Part shown: positions 61,246-64,000 of the stretch, in pieces
Numbering within the stretch: the first letter of the stretch is position 1
How the letters are laid out: every line of letters begins with the position of its first letter
NCBI GenBank assembly: GCA_045627065.1
Contig: JAZQMX010000048.1
Location: 13,014 to 77,013, forward strand
Origin: Bacteroidales bacterium
GTDB lineage: Bacteria; Bacteroidota; Bacteroidia; Bacteroidales; F082
Direction: 5' to 3'
DNA length: 64,000 nucleotides
The notes under the pieces: model-generated
What the model was told of the DNA's origin: nothing
The model's input: only the letters and a program-made list of their open reading frames with translations
Databases searched by the model: none
Translations under genes and position numbers: made by a program

Positions 61246-62013
61246 ATGCATGAGGTCGTTGACATAGTGCAAGGCATGAAGCCCATTACTTTGGACGAGA
61301 TGAAAACGGTGCAACTGATGAACCGCATCGACACCAAGTATGTGGTAACTCAAAGCCAACTATGCGAAATTTTGGAACGCGTTTGCAATTCTTATTTTGC
61401 ACAAGTAGCTGAAAACAATCGTTTTTCGCCTTATCGTACTGTGTATTATGATACGCCTGAATTGGCAATGTATATTGCCCACCATAACCGGCATTTGGTG
61501 CGCGACAAGGTGAGGGTGAGGACCTATGTCGATTCTAACCTTACTTTCTGCGAGGTGAAACATAAGAACAACAAAGGACGCACGTCAAAGGAGCGTGTCA
61601 GAGTGGAATCGGATGATAATATCATTGAAAATCCACAAACAGTCTCTTTCTTGTCAGAGAAACAACCTTATGAGGTAGCTTCTTTGATGCCTCAGTTGGA
61701 AACGGTTTTCGACCGCGTTACCTTGGTAAATTTCGAGAAGACCGAACGTCTCACTATTGATTGCAACCTGACATTCAACAACAAGCTGAATGGAAACGAG
61801 GCAAGTCTGGCACCCCTGGCGGTGATGGAACTAAAACAGGATGGCCGTGCTCATTCGCTATTGAAGGATGTACTTTTTGATATGCGTATTAAGCCATTCA
61901 AAATCAGCAAGTACTGTATTGGCACTTGCCTGACATGTCCTGACGTGAAACAAAATCGCTTCAAGAAAAAGTTGATGAAAATTGATAAATTGAAAAACCT
62001 AAACATAGAATAA
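61246..62013 (+). CDS. VTC-domain (polyphosphate-polymerase-like, CYTH superfamily) protein
   Basis: MNRIDTKYVV...YRTVYYDTPELAMYIAHHN...VRVRTY...CEVKHKNNKGRTSKERV...AVMELKQDG fits the bacterial VTC domain pattern. Confidence 0.7.
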   Translation: MHEVVDIVQGMKPITLDEMKTVQLMNRIDTKYVVTQSQLCEILERVCNSYFAQVAENNRFSPYRTVYYDTPELAMYIAHHNRHLVRDKVRVRTYVDSNLTFCEVKHKNNKGRTSKERVRVESDDNIIENPQTVSFLSEKQPYEVASLMPQLETVFDRVTLVNFEKTERLTIDCNLTFNNKLNGNEASLAPLAVMELKQDGRAHSLLKDVLFDMRIKPFKISKYCIGTCLTCPDVKQNRFKKKLMKIDKLKNLNIE

Positions 62014-62018
62014 ACGAT

Positions 62019-62744
62019 ATGCTTTTACTTCAACAATTACAGGATTTTGATCCCGATATCGCTCGCGAGTTTGGTGCTGAGATGGTTTCAACCGATTTCC
62101 TTGGTGTTCCGCTTTTCAACTCGCTGAGTTTTTGGACGCTGTTGTTGCGTTTCGCCTTCAATTTTTTGGTGTGCTGGATAATCATCCGAGGTTTCTATTT
62201 CAAGAAATCGCAGCGGCGTGACTATTACTTCACCTTCATGATGTTTGCCGTTACCATCTTCTTGATTATCACATTGATGGATAACATGAAGATGAACGTG
62301 GCCTATGCGCTTGGCTTGTTCGCCATCTTTGGAATGATACGATATAGGACGGAGACTATCCGAATCAGGGAGATGACTTACTTATTCATTGTGATGGGCG
62401 TCAGCATCCTCAATGGTCAAGCCCTGACCGCCAGTTATGCCGAGCTTCTCATGACCAATGCGCTGATTATTGCTGCAATATGGATTTTTGAAGGCAGCAA
62501 GCACATGAAGCATCTGTCAGAGAAAGTCATACTTTACGACAAGATTGACTTGGTGAAGCATGGCCGCGAAGAGGAACTTAAAGCTGACCTTCAAGAACGT
62601 ACTGGACTTGTAATCGAGAAGATGGAAGTGGGACATATCGATTATCTTCGTGATGTGGCTTATATCAAGATCTGGTTCAAACCCGTTGAAGGACAACCTT
62701 CTACCATCGGAACCTATACGAAATTGAAGGAGTTCAACAGCTGA
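62019..62744 (+). CDS. DUF4956-like membrane protein (usual partner of bacterial VTC proteins)
   Basis: Four hydrophobic helices, the segment GMIRYRTETIRIREMTYLF, and a C-terminal soluble domain. It starts 5 nt after the VTC gene. Confidence 0.6.
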   Translation: MLLLQQLQDFDPDIAREFGAEMVSTDFLGVPLFNSLSFWTLLLRFAFNFLVCWIIIRGFYFKKSQRRDYYFTFMMFAVTIFLIITLMDNMKMNVAYALGLFAIFGMIRYRTETIRIREMTYLFIVMGVSILNGQALTASYAELLMTNALIIAAIWIFEGSKHMKHLSEKVILYDKIDLVKHGREEELKADLQERTGLVIEKMEVGHIDYLRDVAYIKIWFKPVEGQPSTIGTYTKLKEFNS

Positions 62745-62746
62745 GC

Positions 62747-63430
62747 ATGAAAAGCAGGCTTGCCATATTGATTCTGCTTTTCTCTTTCGTCGTCCCGCTT
62801 TCGGCACAAAGTGGGCGTAGCACTGATTTTGGTGCCATCGCCTCTGCGGAAATGTCGGTCGGCTTGAACCATGGGCTCGACTTGTCGGTGGAAGAAGAAC
62901 TTCGTTTTGAAAACAACTGCGCTCAGCTCGACCGTTGGCTCAACAGTGTGGGTGTGGATTATGGCTTCTGCCACGGAAGGATGAAGGCAGGGCTAGCTTT
63001 GGACTATATCCGCCGTTACAATGATGACTGTTATTTTGAGAATCGAGGCCGTATTGTTGGACACATTACCTATTCTGAGACGGTTCAACGTTTCAAGTTT
63101 TCGCTCCGCACCAAGTTCGCCACCACTTTCATGGACGAGCAGACGGGAGAGCATCGTGTCAATCCGAAAATGTATTGGCGCAACCGTTTTCAGGTGTCAT
63201 ATCAGATGCCTAATAGTCGCTTCAAATATGCTCTTTCGGCAGAAATGTTTTGGCTAGTCAACGACCCGAAGAATAGCATTGTTGACAATATACGCACCAC
63301 GGCATCGGTTGATTATCGTTTGGCGCGTCGTCATTCCATCTCGGCCTTCGCCCGCATGGAAAACGAGATTCAGGTGAAAAATCCTGTTGACATCTTCTAT
63401 TTCGGCCTCTCCTATAAGTTAAAATTGTAA
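62747..63430 (+). CDS. Outer-membrane beta-barrel-like protein (DUF2490-like; unverified)
   Basis: Has a signal peptide (MKSRLAILILLFSFVVPLSAQ). The strand pattern alternates, with RF/RxR motifs (RFKFSLRTKF, WRNRFQVSY). It starts 2 nt after the previous stop. Confidence 0.5.
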   Translation: MKSRLAILILLFSFVVPLSAQSGRSTDFGAIASAEMSVGLNHGLDLSVEEELRFENNCAQLDRWLNSVGVDYGFCHGRMKAGLALDYIRRYNDDCYFENRGRIVGHITYSETVQRFKFSLRTKFATTFMDEQTGEHRVNPKMYWRNRFQVSYQMPNSRFKYALSAEMFWLVNDPKNSIVDNIRTTASVDYRLARRHSISAFARMENEIQVKNPVDIFYFGLSYKLKL

Positions 63431-63468
63431 ATATTTACGGTAAAACTGTAAATATTGAAACAAATTTC

Positions 63469-63476
63469 TATCTTTG
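63469..63476 (+). promoter_or_regulatory. -7 box (TATCTTTG)
   Basis: tatctttgcggca has the same core as the 39-bp repeat promoters. It lies 63 nt upstream of the ATG at 63539. Confidence 0.45.
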
Positions 63477-63538
63477 CGGCATAATAATATGCCCTAGTGG
63501 GCTTGTGGCAAAAACTAATAATCATTAATTCTAATATT

Positions 63539-64000
63539 ATGAAAAGGGAAACTAGAATCTTGACAAGCATCATGTCATTGTTTGTCAGTGTTTTAATTGT
63601 TGCGATGATGTCATCGTGCAATGGCAAAGGAGGTAAAAACGCTTCTTCCATTGTTGAACACATCAAACCTGTATCAGAGGCTTTGCTACCTTTCTTGGAT
63701 AGCTACACTTCAGGTGTGATCGCTCCTGGAGATCCTATTCGTGTGAGTTTCAAGGATGCTGATGCACTTAAACTGAAATATGGCGAGGCTCTGCCTGGCA
63801 AATTGTTCGAATTCACTCCTTCGCTGAAAGGTAAAGCCATCTGGATTGACAACAATACTGTTGGTTTCCAATATGATAAAATCGACGGCACGAAGCAATA
63901 TGTGTGCAGTTTCAAGGCATCTGAGCTTCTTGACGTGCCTTCCGACATGACTCTGGATTTCGGCTTTGGTGTTCGTCACCAAAACTTCAGCCTGATTTCG
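63539..64000 (+). CDS. Alpha-2-macroglobulin family lipoprotein, N-terminal 154 codons (runs off right edge)
   Basis: Absent from the track because there is no stop. It reads MKRETRILTSIMSLFVSVLIVAMMSSC (lipobox), then ...GDPIRVSF...LFEFTPSLKGKAIWIDNNTVGFQY, typical of bacterial A2M N-termini. Confidence 0.6.
   Translation, partial: MKRETRILTSIMSLFVSVLIVAMMSSCNGKGGKNASSIVEHIKPVSEALLPFLDSYTSGVIAPGDPIRVSFKDADALKLKYGEALPGKLFEFTPSLKGKAIWIDNNTVGFQYDKIDGTKQYVCSFKASELLDVPSDMTLDFGFGVRHQNFSLIS

Overview
This is a 64-kb chromosomal segment from a Bacteroidota genome, probably Bacteroidales and Prevotella-like. Three things support that: many proteins end in a T9SS C-terminal sorting domain, TAnnTTTG -7 promoter boxes precede most operons, and uppS-bamA-ompH-ompH are in the usual order. 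I call about 50 CDS and one tRNA-Leu(TAG).

Most of the window is core housekeeping: alaS, rluD, ddl, frr, pyrH, secA, coaD, pyrE, birA, clpX, clpP, tig, dprA, rsgA, nadK, uppS and bamA. Secreted T9SS cargo genes are interspersed among them. No CRISPR array, rRNA, transposase or integrase was seen.

Two patches look accessory:

- **Positions 1-5.9 kb.** A Type I R-M operon (hsdM-hsdS) is followed by a low-GC metallo-beta-lactamase-fold gene that runs off the left edge. No hsdR lies in the window. hsdS changes composition abruptly at its central conserved region. A WYL-domain regulator is divergently transcribed, followed by an exact-period 42-bp x6 degenerate tandem array and a hypothetical helical protein.
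- **Positions 47.8-50.7 kb.** An AT-rich 2.6-kb islet is bracketed by a perfect 39-bp promoter-bearing direct repeat. It encodes a lipoprotein with an 8-Cys fulvocin-C-like C-terminal domain and a polytopic membrane protein fused to a CxxC thioredoxin domain. A long leader with a C10 homopolymer tract precedes them. This is my best candidate for an undescribed system: a bacteriocin-like module with its own disulfide or immunity partner.

Other points of interest are a GAGACGCA...TGCGTCTC palindromic hairpin family (one copy sits between hsdM and hsdS), a structured alaS leader, and a VTC-DUF4956-DUF2490-like cluster.

All family assignments come from motif recognition by eye. No database search was run.
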